A DNA stretch of 35,627 bases from an uncultured Planctomycetota bacterium (GCA_964494245.1 CAZBRH010000007.1:3566-39192); one strand, 5' to 3'; shown: positions 26,178-34,844, counted from the stretch's first letter. A program made the numbers and translations. The notes: a model not told the origin generated them from the letters alone.

Positions 26178-27312
26178 CGCCCGCGGCGCACCGGCCGGGT
26201 CCGAGAAACATGTCGATGATCTCGCAGGCCGCGCGCGGCCTTGCGGTTCGCAGGGCGGCTTCCTTCATCCGGGCGAGCCGAACGCCGTCGGCCAGCAGCG
26301 CCGTCGCGACCCGCCGCACTTCGTCTGGTGTCTCGACCTTCACAGCTGCCCCGGCTCGGACCAGGAAGTCGGCATTGGCTTCCTCTTGGCCTGGGATCGG
26401 GGCGGTGAGCACCATCGGCAGCCCGATGGCGAGGCATTCCGCGCTCGAAAGCCCGCCCGGCTTGGTGACAATGAGGTCGGCAGCAGCCATGAGCGTGTGC
26501 ATATAATTGACGAAGCCGTAGGTGATAAGCCGCCGGGGCGCCCGCACGTCCAGGGCTTCGAGTTGCTGCCGCAGCGCTTCGTTGTGCCCAGCCACCGCCA
26601 GAATCTGGACGCGCGGCGACTCTGCCAGCAAGGCGACGGTTTTGAGGACGTGGCCCCTCCCTGTTCCGCCGCCGCTGACAAGCACCGTGGGCGCGTCAGG
26701 ACAAAGGCCAAGCTCCGCTCGCGCGAGGGTGCGATCCATCGGCGCCGAGAACACAGGGTCAATGGGGATGCCGCTGGTCGCGATGCGGTCGGGCGGGGCG
26801 CCCTTCTCTGCAAGCAGGCCATTGAGCCGGTCAGAGGCAACGAAGTAGCGGTCGGTTCCCGCGTTGATCCAGATGCGATGTGCATCGTAATCGGTGATGG
26901 CGATGGCGAGCGGAGCTTGGAGGCGTCCGGTCCGCCGCATCCACGCAAGTAGTTCAGCGGGCAGGAAGTGCGTGCAGAGAACGTGCGTCGGCTGCTCGGC
27001 CTCGACGAACCGGATGAACCGACGAGCATTGAGGCGGTCGAACTCGCAGGTCGCGCGGCGCATCAGGCCGCCCGACTCCTTTCTGTCCCAGCGATGGTAG
27101 AGCCGACGCCAATACCACGGGAGCGAACGAATGATGAAGAAGTAGGAACCGAGATACGCCTTGCGGAACGCGGCGGTGGTGAAATCGAGCGTATCGACGG
27201 TGCAGGCGGTTCCCTCGCGGCCGCTGAGCTCGAAGGCACGTTGCAGCGCCGAAGCCGCCCGTGCGTGGCCGACACCCGCGGATGCAGACGCGATGAGGAG
27301 CTTGTAAGGCAT
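26152..27312 (-). CDS. GT28-family glycosyltransferase (MGDG synthase / UgtP-like diacylglycerol glycosyltransferase)
   Basis: 386 aa with MPYKLLIASASAGVGHARAASAL (the N-terminal G-rich MGDG_synth motif), ITDYDAHRIW, VLVSGGGTG, LIVTKPGGLSSAECLAIGLPMV and PGQEEANADFL. Confidence 0.75.
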   Translation of the reverse strand: MPYKLLIASASAGVGHARAASALQRAFELSGREGTACTVDTLDFTTAAFRKAYLGSYFFIIRSLPWYWRRLYHRWDRKESGGLMRRATCEFDRLNARRFIRFVEAEQPTHVLCTHFLPAELLAWMRRTGRLQAPLAIAITDYDAHRIWINAGTDRYFVASDRLNGLLAEKGAPPDRIATSGIPIDPVFSAPMDRTLARAELGLCPDAPTVLVSGGGTGRGHVLKTVALLAESPRVQILAVAGHNEALRQQLEALDVRAPRRLITYGFVNYMHTLMAAADLIVTKPGGLSSAECLAIGLPMVLTAPIPGQEEANADFLVRAGAAVKVETPDEVRRVATALLADGVRLARMKEAALRTARPRAACEIIDMFLGPGRCAAGVDSRRRSE

Positions 27313-27424
27313 TCTGTTCCTGCTTGGCGAAAAGCGGGCGGATTATATGCTCGCCGAGCGATGGCCGCAAGCCGTCTGAATCCTTCCCATCCACGCGGGC
27401 AAGGCGCTGTGCGTGCGGGGCGGG

Positions 27425-27453
27425 TTGACACCGCAACGCAGCGGGAATATTAT
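27425..27453 (+). promoter_or_regulatory. Putative sigma70 promoter upstream of the TPR lipoprotein gene
   Basis: Consensus TTGACA (27425-27430), 17-nt spacer, TATTAT (27448-27453). It lies about 50 nt upstream of ATG 27503 and inside the track's extended ORF, supporting the shorter gene model. Confidence 0.5.
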
Positions 27454-27502
27454 GATGCCCAAACGGCGATTCGGTCTGCCACATTCTGCCGGGGAAGGTT
27501 CA

Positions 27503-29425
27503 ATGTGTGGATACGGGAAACGCAAGTGGCTTGGTATCGCGCGGCCGGGGCGCACACTGGCGTCCTCGCTCCTCCTGGTCGCAAGCGTAGTCTCCTTAGC
27601 CGGGTGCGGGCGGACGGCGCTCGAGTATCTTGAAGCGGCCCGGAAGGCGGATTCGGCCGCTGAACAGGAACTGCTGCTCAACCGAGCGCTTGAAAAGGAC
27701 CCCGGGCTGATGGCCGCGCGGTTCCAGAGGGCAAAGCTCTGCGCAGCCGTCGGCAAGCACGACCAGGCCATCGCCGATTTCAACCTGCTGCTCGAATCCG
27801 CGCAGTCCGCCCAGCAAAAGGCCAGCATCTACTACTGGCGCGGCTGGGCGATGGATCGGCGGGGCGAAACGGAGAAGGCCGTCGAGGACTACTCGGCAGC
27901 GCTGCGGCTTGACCCCGGATTCATCGATCCCTACGTCTCGCGCGCTGCGGCACACTTCCGCCTCGGCAAATACGCCGAGTCGATGCAGGATTACCTTTCG
28001 ATGCTCGAACAAGACATCAGCGGCGGGATGCCGGGCGCCGCCGAGCGGCGCGCCGAATGGCGCCTGCGCCGCGCCTTCGCCGCGTTCTGCGCCGGGGAAT
28101 GGGCCAGCGCGTCCGGAGACTTCAAACTTGCTATCGACAATACCCGCTCCCGCGTTCAGGAAGCCAGAGCCATCCTCAATCTCTACTTTGTTGCGTGCAA
28201 GATGCGCGACGACCACACCGACGCCGATGCCGTTCTCAAGACCTACGCCGAAGGCATCCGGTCGGTCTCGCGCAGGCCTCCCTGGATTTTCCACGCGGTG
28301 TGGTTTGTTGCCGGCATGGAGACGAAGGAGGAACTCCTCGAAGCGTCCAAACACAAAAGCCCCGAGGTGCAAGCAGACCAGATGATGGGCGCGTGGTATT
28401 ACATCGGTGCGCGGCACCTCGTCAACGGCGATGTCGAAAAGGCACGCGAGGCGTTTCGCAAGTGCATCGAGACCGAAGACCTCGGCTCCTTCGAATACCA
28501 TATGGCCCGCGTCGAACTTGAACGCCTCGATGCTGGCGGCAAGACCGCTGGCGACTACGTGGCCATGGCACAGAAGGTCTCCGCGCAGCAGCGGCGAATC
28601 GAACTCTACACCAAGGCGCTCGAAGTGGACCCCAACCATACGGGCGCACGCCTCAACCGGGCTCTCCTTTACTCTCTCGCCGGCATGCACGATCTCGCCA
28701 TCGATGACTACTCGCGCCTCCTCAACATCTATCAAAGCCCGGCGAACCGCGCCCGGGCGCTCCGCTATCGCGGCTCGACCTACGCGCAAAAGGGCGACTA
28801 CGAGGCCGCCGCCAGCGACTACGCGGCCGCCGCAGAGGCCGACCCTGAACTCTGGGAGGCAAGGGAAGGCCTCGCCGTCGCGCTCTGCCATCTCCGAAAA
28901 TACAAGGAAGCCGCCGCCGTCTATACTGGCCTCATCAAACAAATCACGGGCGCCGGCATGCAGAACCTCTGGCTCCTCCAGCGCGCCCTCGCCCTCTTTT
29001 GCGCCGGCGACCTCACCGGCGCCGCCGGCGACCTCGAAGCCGTTCTCGAAAGAGGCGGCGACGAGCCGCTCATCCGCGCCAACCGCTTCATCATCGAATG
29101 CAAACTCGGCAACCGGCCGACCGCGACGAAGGAACTTCTGGCCTTCGCCGAGAAAATCAAGATTGTCGGCTGGGAGAGCTCCGTCGCCTGGCACCTCGCG
29201 GAAATGCGCACCGCCGACGAGCTTCTTGCCATCTCCAAACACTCGGACAAGGCCGAGGAAATCCTCCGCACCTCGCGGGCCTACTACTACATCGGGGCGC
29301 TGCGCCTCATCAAGGGGCACAAGGACGAGGCACGGCAGGCGTTCCAGGATTGTGTCCGGCTGGGACGCGAATCGAACCGCGAGAGTTGGGAATACCGGAT
29401 GGCGCTCGTCGAACTCGCGCGGTAG
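27503..29425 (+). CDS. TPR-repeat lipoprotein containing two tandem NlpI-like modules
   Basis: Track ORF 27413..29425, trimmed to ATG 27503. This gives MCGYGKRKWLGIARPGRTLASSLLLVASVVSLAGC, with lipobox LAGC. Multiple TPRs are present (AIADFNLLLE, AVEDYSAALRLDPGF, AIDDYSRLLNI, AASDYAAAAEADPE). Two copies of a W...ELL..SKH.....YYIGA..L..G....A..AF..C.......EY.MA.VEL module are also present. Confidence 0.8.
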   Translation: MCGYGKRKWLGIARPGRTLASSLLLVASVVSLAGCGRTALEYLEAARKADSAAEQELLLNRALEKDPGLMAARFQRAKLCAAVGKHDQAIADFNLLLESAQSAQQKASIYYWRGWAMDRRGETEKAVEDYSAALRLDPGFIDPYVSRAAAHFRLGKYAESMQDYLSMLEQDISGGMPGAAERRAEWRLRRAFAAFCAGEWASASGDFKLAIDNTRSRVQEARAILNLYFVACKMRDDHTDADAVLKTYAEGIRSVSRRPPWIFHAVWFVAGMETKEELLEASKHKSPEVQADQMMGAWYYIGARHLVNGDVEKAREAFRKCIETEDLGSFEYHMARVELERLDAGGKTAGDYVAMAQKVSAQQRRIELYTKALEVDPNHTGARLNRALLYSLAGMHDLAIDDYSRLLNIYQSPANRARALRYRGSTYAQKGDYEAAASDYAAAAEADPELWEAREGLAVALCHLRKYKEAAAVYTGLIKQITGAGMQNLWLLQRALALFCAGDLTGAAGDLEAVLERGGDEPLIRANRFIIECKLGNRPTATKELLAFAEKIKIVGWESSVAWHLAEMRTADELLAISKHSDKAEEILRTSRAYYYIGALRLIKGHKDEARQAFQDCVRLGRESNRESWEYRMALVELAR

Positions 29426-29445
29426 GAGCAGAGGAGCAAGAAGAC

Positions 29446-30636
29446 GTGACCGTCGCCCTGCGGGTGCCGTCGCTCTGTTTCGTCCTCGCCCTCGTCACGG
29501 GACCCGCTGGAGGCGGCACGGGGACGACGGCGGATGATTACCACCGCCGAGCCCTCCACGCCGAAACGCCAGAACAGCGGATTGAACTGCTCGGCCAGGC
29601 GCTCTCCATCAATCCGAACCATGTCCCTGCGCTCCGACAGCGTTCCGCCATTTACTGGGCGCTTGGCAAGAAGGACCTCGCCCTGGCCGACGCCGCCCGC
29701 GCCGCCGACCTTGTTCCCGATGACGCCGACGTGAACAACGCCGCAGGCCTTTTTGCTCAAGAACTCAAGCAGCACGCCCAAGCCGCTCGCTTTTTCGAAC
29801 GAGCGCTTGCGCCCGACCCAAAGAACATTGTCCTTCGCGCCCGGCTGATCGACGCCCTTGTGAAACTCCGCGAGATCGACCGCGCGCTCGAACACGCCGA
29901 CTTCCTCGTCGAGCGCCGCCCCGACGCCGACTATCCCTACTCCATCCGCGCGGAAGTCTATGAATGGGCAGACCGCTACGCCGACGCCGTCCGCGACCTC
30001 TCCGTCCTCATCGACCGCCACCCCAGCGAGGCCGGCTACTATTTGCGCCGCTGCATCAACTACCGCTGCCTCGGCGAGGGCCGCAAGGCGCTCGCCGACG
30101 CCGAAAAGGCGCTCCAACTGCGCGGAGCCACCTCCTACGTCCTCGCCGCCCGCGGATGCTCCTACGAGGCCGCAGGCGACCTAGAAAAAGCGCTCGAAGA
30201 CTACCGCAAGGCCGCTGAACTCGACGAGGAGAAACGCTACTTCACCATCTGGTCTTGCCTTGTGCTCCGAAAGCTCGGCCGCCGCGCCGAAGCCGATGCG
30301 CTCATCCGCGACTTCCTCAAGGGGCTTGCCGACAAGGACGAGTGGATCGGCCCCGTCATCCGCTACCTCGCTGGCGAACTGGCCGAAGACGAAGTCTTTC
30401 GGCTCGCGAAGCACGATGACCCCGAGACCGAGCGCGAGCAGCATTGCGAGGCGTTCTACTACGTCGCCGCAGCACACCTCGCTGCAGGCGACCTCGATCG
30501 CGCCGAAGACCTTCTCAAGAAGTGCCTCGCTCAGCGGGTCCATAACTTCTATGAACACGGCTTCGCCATCCGCGACCTCAGAGTCATCGAGGAAGTGCGG
30601 GAAAAGGCGAAGCGCGGCCGCCCACTGAAGGAGTAG
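29446..30636 (+). CDS. TPR-repeat secreted protein, NlpI-like
   Basis: Track ORF 28999..30636, trimmed to GTG 29446, with GAGGAG 9 nt upstream. The upstream part overlaps the previous gene and is Arg-rich. The signal peptide is VTVALRVPSLCFVLALVTGPAGG. TPRs follow, and the C-terminus is NlpI-like: DEWIGPVIRYLAGEL...CEAFYYVAAAHLAAGDLDRAEDLLKKCLAQRVHNFYEHGFAIRDLRVI. Confidence 0.75.
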   Translation: MTVALRVPSLCFVLALVTGPAGGGTGTTADDYHRRALHAETPEQRIELLGQALSINPNHVPALRQRSAIYWALGKKDLALADAARAADLVPDDADVNNAAGLFAQELKQHAQAARFFERALAPDPKNIVLRARLIDALVKLREIDRALEHADFLVERRPDADYPYSIRAEVYEWADRYADAVRDLSVLIDRHPSEAGYYLRRCINYRCLGEGRKALADAEKALQLRGATSYVLAARGCSYEAAGDLEKALEDYRKAAELDEEKRYFTIWSCLVLRKLGRRAEADALIRDFLKGLADKDEWIGPVIRYLAGELAEDEVFRLAKHDDPETEREQHCEAFYYVAAAHLAAGDLDRAEDLLKKCLAQRVHNFYEHGFAIRDLRVIEEVREKAKRGRPLKE

Positions 30637-30659
30637 CGTTCTCGCAGCGGAGTGAGACT

Positions 30660-33539
30660 TTGGCGCAGCGTCAAGAAGTCCTGAACGTTCTGCTCGCCCA
30701 GGTGCTTGCCGAGCACGGGGTCGTTGCGGCTCCCGAACAGATTCTTTCGGAGCCATCGAGCCAAGCCCTCAGGTTGCCCGATGTACTCGTGGATTTCAAC
30801 GGGCTGCGTCTCGCCATCGAGGCCGAAATCGGGGAGGACGAAACGGCCAAAGCCACCGCGTTCAACAAGGCCCAGGAGCGTGTCTACGAAGGCCTGGCGC
30901 ATATCGGGGTTGCCATCGCGTATCCGGCCAGTCTTCAGACGATGCCTTTTGTCCGGCTCAAGAGCGAACTGGAGAGCGCGTCCATCGACTATTGCGTCCT
31001 GACGGAGCTGACGCTGCCGGAGGTGCAGCGGCTGCTCTTCGACCGGGAAGAACACCGGGTCTTCCTGCGGGGAAAGGTGGACGACTTGGCGGAGGCAATC
31101 CGGCAATCCTACGCCGGCTTGGTGGACGATAGGACGCTGGAACGCGCGGTGGAGCGCGTCGGCGCGAGCATCAATTCCTTTCTTGGGGCCATCGGCATTC
31201 AGCCGGCGGCCTCGCGTCGCATGGCGCACGAACTCGGAATGGTCGCCGAGGCGCAGCGCCTGACCACGCGGCAACTGGACGCGGTCAACCGAATCTCCGC
31301 GCTCATCATCCTGAACGCGATGATCTTCCAAGAGGTCTTGTCCAAGGCCGACGAGCGCGTCCGCCCGCTCCGCAGCTTCCGCGAGATGGACGATTGCCAC
31401 ACCCCCCTCGGAGACCACTGGCGCTTCATCCTCACCGAAATCAACTATTTCCCGATTTTCAAGACGGCCCACGAGCTGCTTCGCACCCTCTCCGCAGAGA
31501 GAAGCGTTGGCGACTCGCTGCGGGTCCTTATCGATACGGCACTGGAGATTGTGGGGTGGCGCGCCGCCCTCCGCCACGACCTCGCGGGCCGCATCTATCA
31601 TCGTCTTCTCGAAGAAGCGAAGTATCTCGGCGCCTACTACACCTCCATCCCGGCTGCGATGCTGCTTCTCAAACTGGCGCTGCCCTGGGACGACCGCAAC
31701 GGCGACTGGTGCGACGTCGAGCGCCTGAAACAGCTTCGCATCGCAGACCTTGCCTGCGGAACGGGGACGCTGCTTTTGGCCGCCGCCGATGTCGTTTCCG
31801 ACAACTACATCCGCTCGTGCGCCGCTAACAAACTGGCCCCGGACCTCGGGACGTTCCAGCACGCCGTCGTCGAGCACATCATCCACGGATACGATGTTCT
31901 TCCGTCGGCGCTCCACCTTACCGCGTCCACCCTCTCGCTACGGCAACCGGACGCACCCGTCAACGTGACCCACCTCTACTTGATGCCGCACGGCGGGCCG
32001 GGGCATCCGATGGGCACCCTGGAGTTCCTCGAGCATCAGGCGCTTCCCGGCGTGCTCTACGGCGAGCCCCAACGGGTCACCGGCACGGGAATGCGCGAGG
32101 TCGAAGTTCCCCCGATTCCTCCGCTCGACCTGTGCGTGATGAACCCGCCCTTCACCCGCAGCGTCGGCGGGAACCTGCTCTTCGGCAGTTTGCCCGCGAA
32201 CGAGCGGAGGCGCATGCAGACAAAGCTTCAGAAGGCCGTGCGAAAAACCGGCATCCGGGCAAGCATCACGGCCGGCCTCGGCGCGGTGTTCGTTGCCCTC
32301 GGCGACAGACATATCCGAAACACCGGCCGCATCGCTCTCGTCCTTCCCCGAGCCCTTGTTTCCGGAGTCGCATGGAAGCCGACAAGAGACCTGCTGACGA
32401 CTCGCTACGACCTCGAATACATGATCGCCAGCCACGAGCCGGACCACTGGAACTTTTCGGAGAACACGCAGCTCAGCGAGGTGCTTCTCGTCGCCCGCAG
32501 GCGCCCGCAGAACAACAATAACAACGCTTCCCGCAACGTCGGCCTTACTGCCGTGAACCTGTGGCGGCAGCCGCGCAACGCCATCGAGGCGCTCAGCGTT
32601 GCTCGTTCCATCGCTGCCGCGTCGGCTCGTCGCAGTCCAGGGAACACCGCGTCGGAAATAATGCTCGGGCACATCAAGGTCGGCGAGGCCATTGCCATCG
32701 AACCGCAAGCCGTGGACACGGAGAGCTTGAAGTTCTCCTGCGCGTTCGCCCAGTCCGACCTCGTCCGGACGCTGATGGAAGCCCGCGGCGGGCGGCTCTG
32801 TCTCCCCAGCATCATCTCGTCCCGCAGTCTCCCATTGTGTCCGCTCCAGGAGTTAGGGGAACTTGGCTTCGATGCCCGCGACATACACGATGCGTTCACA
32901 ATATCGGGGAGTGTAACGCCCTATGCGGCACTGTGGAACCACGACGCAAGCGCCGTGACCACCATGAGCCAACGGCCCAACCGTTGGTTGCGGCCGCGGT
33001 CTAAACCGAAAGAAGGCCGGCCTGCTCGCGACGCAGACCACCTTTGGCAGAGGTCTGGCACGCTACTGCTCTCGGGCGAATTATGGCTCAAGACTATGCG
33101 TGTATCTGCTGCATTGCTGCACCGCAAGGTTGTCTCCAACGTTTGGTGGTCCATTCGGCTACGCACGAAATCGAAACACGACGAGAAGTGCCTTGCGCTG
33201 TGGCTAAACAGCTCGCTTGGGCTACTCATGCTGTTGGGGCACAGGGTTGAAACTCGTGGTGCGTGGGTTCACTTCAAAAAGCCCGTTCTTATGTCGATGC
33301 CGGTTTTGGACGTGCGGCAGATTACCGCAAAGAGAAAGGATCGCCTGTCGCGCGCGTTTGACGAGCTTGCTCGCCTTCCTCTCGAACCTTTCCCGAGCAT
33401 GGTCGAGGACGAAGCCCGAATCCGAATCGACGCCGCAATCTCCCAGGCCCTCGGCCTGCCCGATCTGTCCGTCCTGCGCGAGATGCTTGCCCGCGAGCCC
33501 ATTGTATGCCTCACACTGGATCGGCTTCGAATCCGATAA
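30660..33539 (+). CDS. Single-polypeptide N6-adenine DNA methyltransferase with an N-terminal PD-(D/E)xK-like region and a C-terminal TRD-like region (type IIG/IIL restriction-modification-like)
   Basis: 959 aa starting at TTG, with GGAG 7 nt upstream. The N-terminus reads LPDVLVDFNGLRLAIEAEIG (P40-D41 ... E54-A-E56). The pre-motif is LGAYYTS. Motif I is IADLACGTGTLLL (aa 361-373, nt from 31746). Motif IV is VMNPPF (NPPF at 32142-32153). The I-then-IV order indicates the gamma class. The C-terminal CLALWLNSSLGLLMLLG resembles TaqI-type target-recognition domains. Confidence 0.8.
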   Translation: MAQRQEVLNVLLAQVLAEHGVVAAPEQILSEPSSQALRLPDVLVDFNGLRLAIEAEIGEDETAKATAFNKAQERVYEGLAHIGVAIAYPASLQTMPFVRLKSELESASIDYCVLTELTLPEVQRLLFDREEHRVFLRGKVDDLAEAIRQSYAGLVDDRTLERAVERVGASINSFLGAIGIQPAASRRMAHELGMVAEAQRLTTRQLDAVNRISALIILNAMIFQEVLSKADERVRPLRSFREMDDCHTPLGDHWRFILTEINYFPIFKTAHELLRTLSAERSVGDSLRVLIDTALEIVGWRAALRHDLAGRIYHRLLEEAKYLGAYYTSIPAAMLLLKLALPWDDRNGDWCDVERLKQLRIADLACGTGTLLLAAADVVSDNYIRSCAANKLAPDLGTFQHAVVEHIIHGYDVLPSALHLTASTLSLRQPDAPVNVTHLYLMPHGGPGHPMGTLEFLEHQALPGVLYGEPQRVTGTGMREVEVPPIPPLDLCVMNPPFTRSVGGNLLFGSLPANERRRMQTKLQKAVRKTGIRASITAGLGAVFVALGDRHIRNTGRIALVLPRALVSGVAWKPTRDLLTTRYDLEYMIASHEPDHWNFSENTQLSEVLLVARRRPQNNNNNASRNVGLTAVNLWRQPRNAIEALSVARSIAAASARRSPGNTASEIMLGHIKVGEAIAIEPQAVDTESLKFSCAFAQSDLVRTLMEARGGRLCLPSIISSRSLPLCPLQELGELGFDARDIHDAFTISGSVTPYAALWNHDASAVTTMSQRPNRWLRPRSKPKEGRPARDADHLWQRSGTLLLSGELWLKTMRVSAALLHRKVVSNVWWSIRLRTKSKHDEKCLALWLNSSLGLLMLLGHRVETRGAWVHFKKPVLMSMPVLDVRQITAKRKDRLSRAFDELARLPLEPFPSMVEDEARIRIDAAISQALGLPDLSVLREMLAREPIVCLTLDRLRIR

Positions 33540-33621
33540 GCCGTGCCGGAGCGTCCGAACCCGAGAAGGCCTCTTGGGGTATCGCCGGCGAGAGTGGAAC
33601 GACCGCAACCGCGCGAATCTC

Positions 33622-33650
33622 TTGCGGAAGATGAGCGAACGGCCTAGAAT
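33622..33650 (+). promoter_or_regulatory. Putative sigma70-type promoter upstream of the HEAT-repeat gene
   Basis: TTGCGG (33622-33627), 17-nt spacer, TAGAAT (33645-33650), 37 nt upstream of ATG 33687. Pattern match only. Confidence 0.3.
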
Positions 33651-33686
33651 CGTGGGACGTTGCACCAGAATATGGGGGCATTCGCA

Positions 33687-34844
33687 ATGACGACCAGAAC
33701 GCTCTGCGTGGCAGTAGGGCTGTCCGCGCTCCTCGCGGGCGCGGCAAATGCCGAGGAAGGCCCCGCAGCCGACCTCGTCAACCTTGTCAAGAACTCCGAC
33801 TTGATCGCCATCGGCCAGGTTCTTCGTGTCACGGAGGGGGAACTCAACCCGGAGCTGCTGAAGCACGGCGCCAAAGTCCGCACCGACATCGCCGTTTTGG
33901 TCATCGCTGAGGTGCTCCGGGGCGACCCCGACCTGAAGGCGGGCAAGGTGAACATCGGCTTCCCGGGCTTCCCGAAGCCGGACCAGCCGACGCTGAAGGT
34001 CGGGCAACATGGCATCTGGCTCTTGACGCGCAGCGACCTCGGCCACTACGAGGTCAAAACGAAGAATCGCTTTCTGCCTGTCGAAGAACTCGCGGCGGTG
34101 CGGCGCGCCATCCGAGCTGCGTCCGGCCTGATGGACGCGCCATCGGAAGTCGAAGACCGCGACGCCCGCATCAGCGAGCTCTGCAAGGAACTGGCGGGCA
34201 AGGGCCCGGCAGGCAACCGACGGCTTGCCGCATACCGGCTGGGCGAGATGGGCGAGCTCAGCACTGTCCCCGTGCTCATTGCCGCGCTGGGGGACGAGGC
34301 GCCGACCGTCCGCCAGGCCGCCGAGATTGCGCTGCGCAAGATCACCGGCCATCGCACACAGGTCGATTTTCAGGACGACACAGAAAGCGCCCGCCAGCGC
34401 GGGATTGACGGCTGGAGGGAATGGTTCGAGGCGAACAAGGGCAAGGGCCGCATGGACATCCTAGCCGCCGCGGCCCAGGCGAGTTTCCGCCCGCAGCCGG
34501 AGTTCCTTTACGCCATCGAGGGGCTGGCGCACTACGATGATCTGAACCTCCTCCCCTTGTTCCGGCACGCGCTCGATTCGGCGCTGAGCCAGAAGAACAG
34601 TTTGCTCGCAGCAGCCACCGCCCGCTACCTCGGACGGGTGAAAGACCGCTCCGCCGTGCCGAAGCTCGCCGTCCTGCTCGGCGATACGGAAACCTGGCCA
34701 GCATTGTCGGCCAGAACAGCCGCCGCGGCCGCCATCGGGAATATCGTCGGCCGTGACTTCGGTTCCACCGCCACCAGCGTGCGTGACTGCATCGAGTGGT
34801 GGAACACGAACAAGGACTCGTTCAAGGGGACGCCGGAACACTGA
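33687..34844 (+). CDS. HEAT-repeat (PBS-lyase HEAT-like) secreted protein
   Basis: Track ORF 33660..34844, trimmed to ATG 33687. This gives MTTRTLCVAVGLSALLAGAANA, a signal peptide. The HEAT-like repeats include RRLAAYRLGEMGELSTVPVLIAALGDEAPTVRQAAEIALRKITG and ATARYLGRVKDRSAVPKLAVLLGD...RTAAAAAIGNIVG. Confidence 0.75.
   Translation: MTTRTLCVAVGLSALLAGAANAEEGPAADLVNLVKNSDLIAIGQVLRVTEGELNPELLKHGAKVRTDIAVLVIAEVLRGDPDLKAGKVNIGFPGFPKPDQPTLKVGQHGIWLLTRSDLGHYEVKTKNRFLPVEELAAVRRAIRAASGLMDAPSEVEDRDARISELCKELAGKGPAGNRRLAAYRLGEMGELSTVPVLIAALGDEAPTVRQAAEIALRKITGHRTQVDFQDDTESARQRGIDGWREWFEANKGKGRMDILAAAAQASFRPQPEFLYAIEGLAHYDDLNLLPLFRHALDSALSQKNSLLAAATARYLGRVKDRSAVPKLAVLLGDTETWPALSARTAAAAAIGNIVGRDFGSTATSVRDCIEWWNTNKDSFKGTPEH

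Noticed and set aside
28999-29445. N-terminal extensions of track ORFs: 28999-29445, 27413-27502, 23044-23154, 13192-13380, 3697-3804, 1349-1477 and 33660-33686.
   Set aside because: The extended parts overlap the preceding gene or a promoter-like element and are Arg-rich. They also precede an internal start that has an SD-like sequence and a signal peptide or a conserved N-terminus.
32511-32525. The run of five Asn codons (AAC AAC AAT AAC AAC, giving QNNNNNA) inside the methyltransferase as a slippage or phase-variation tract.
   Set aside because: It is in frame, imperfect at the nucleotide level and only 15 nt long. It is more likely a flexible linker between the MTase core and the TRD region.
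30660-33539. The methyltransferase as the PglX of BREX or the DrmMI of DISARM.
   Set aside because: No PglZ, BrxC, BrxL or DrmA/B/C-like genes lie within the flanking 5 kb on either side. The neighbours are TPR and HEAT secreted proteins. The N-terminal PD..ExE segment fits a self-contained type IIG-like enzyme better.
33561-33577. The hairpin CCGAGA-AGGCC-TCTTGG just after the methyltransferase stop as a terminator.
   Set aside because: The stem is 6 bp with one G-T pair and no following U-tract. It is too weak to call.
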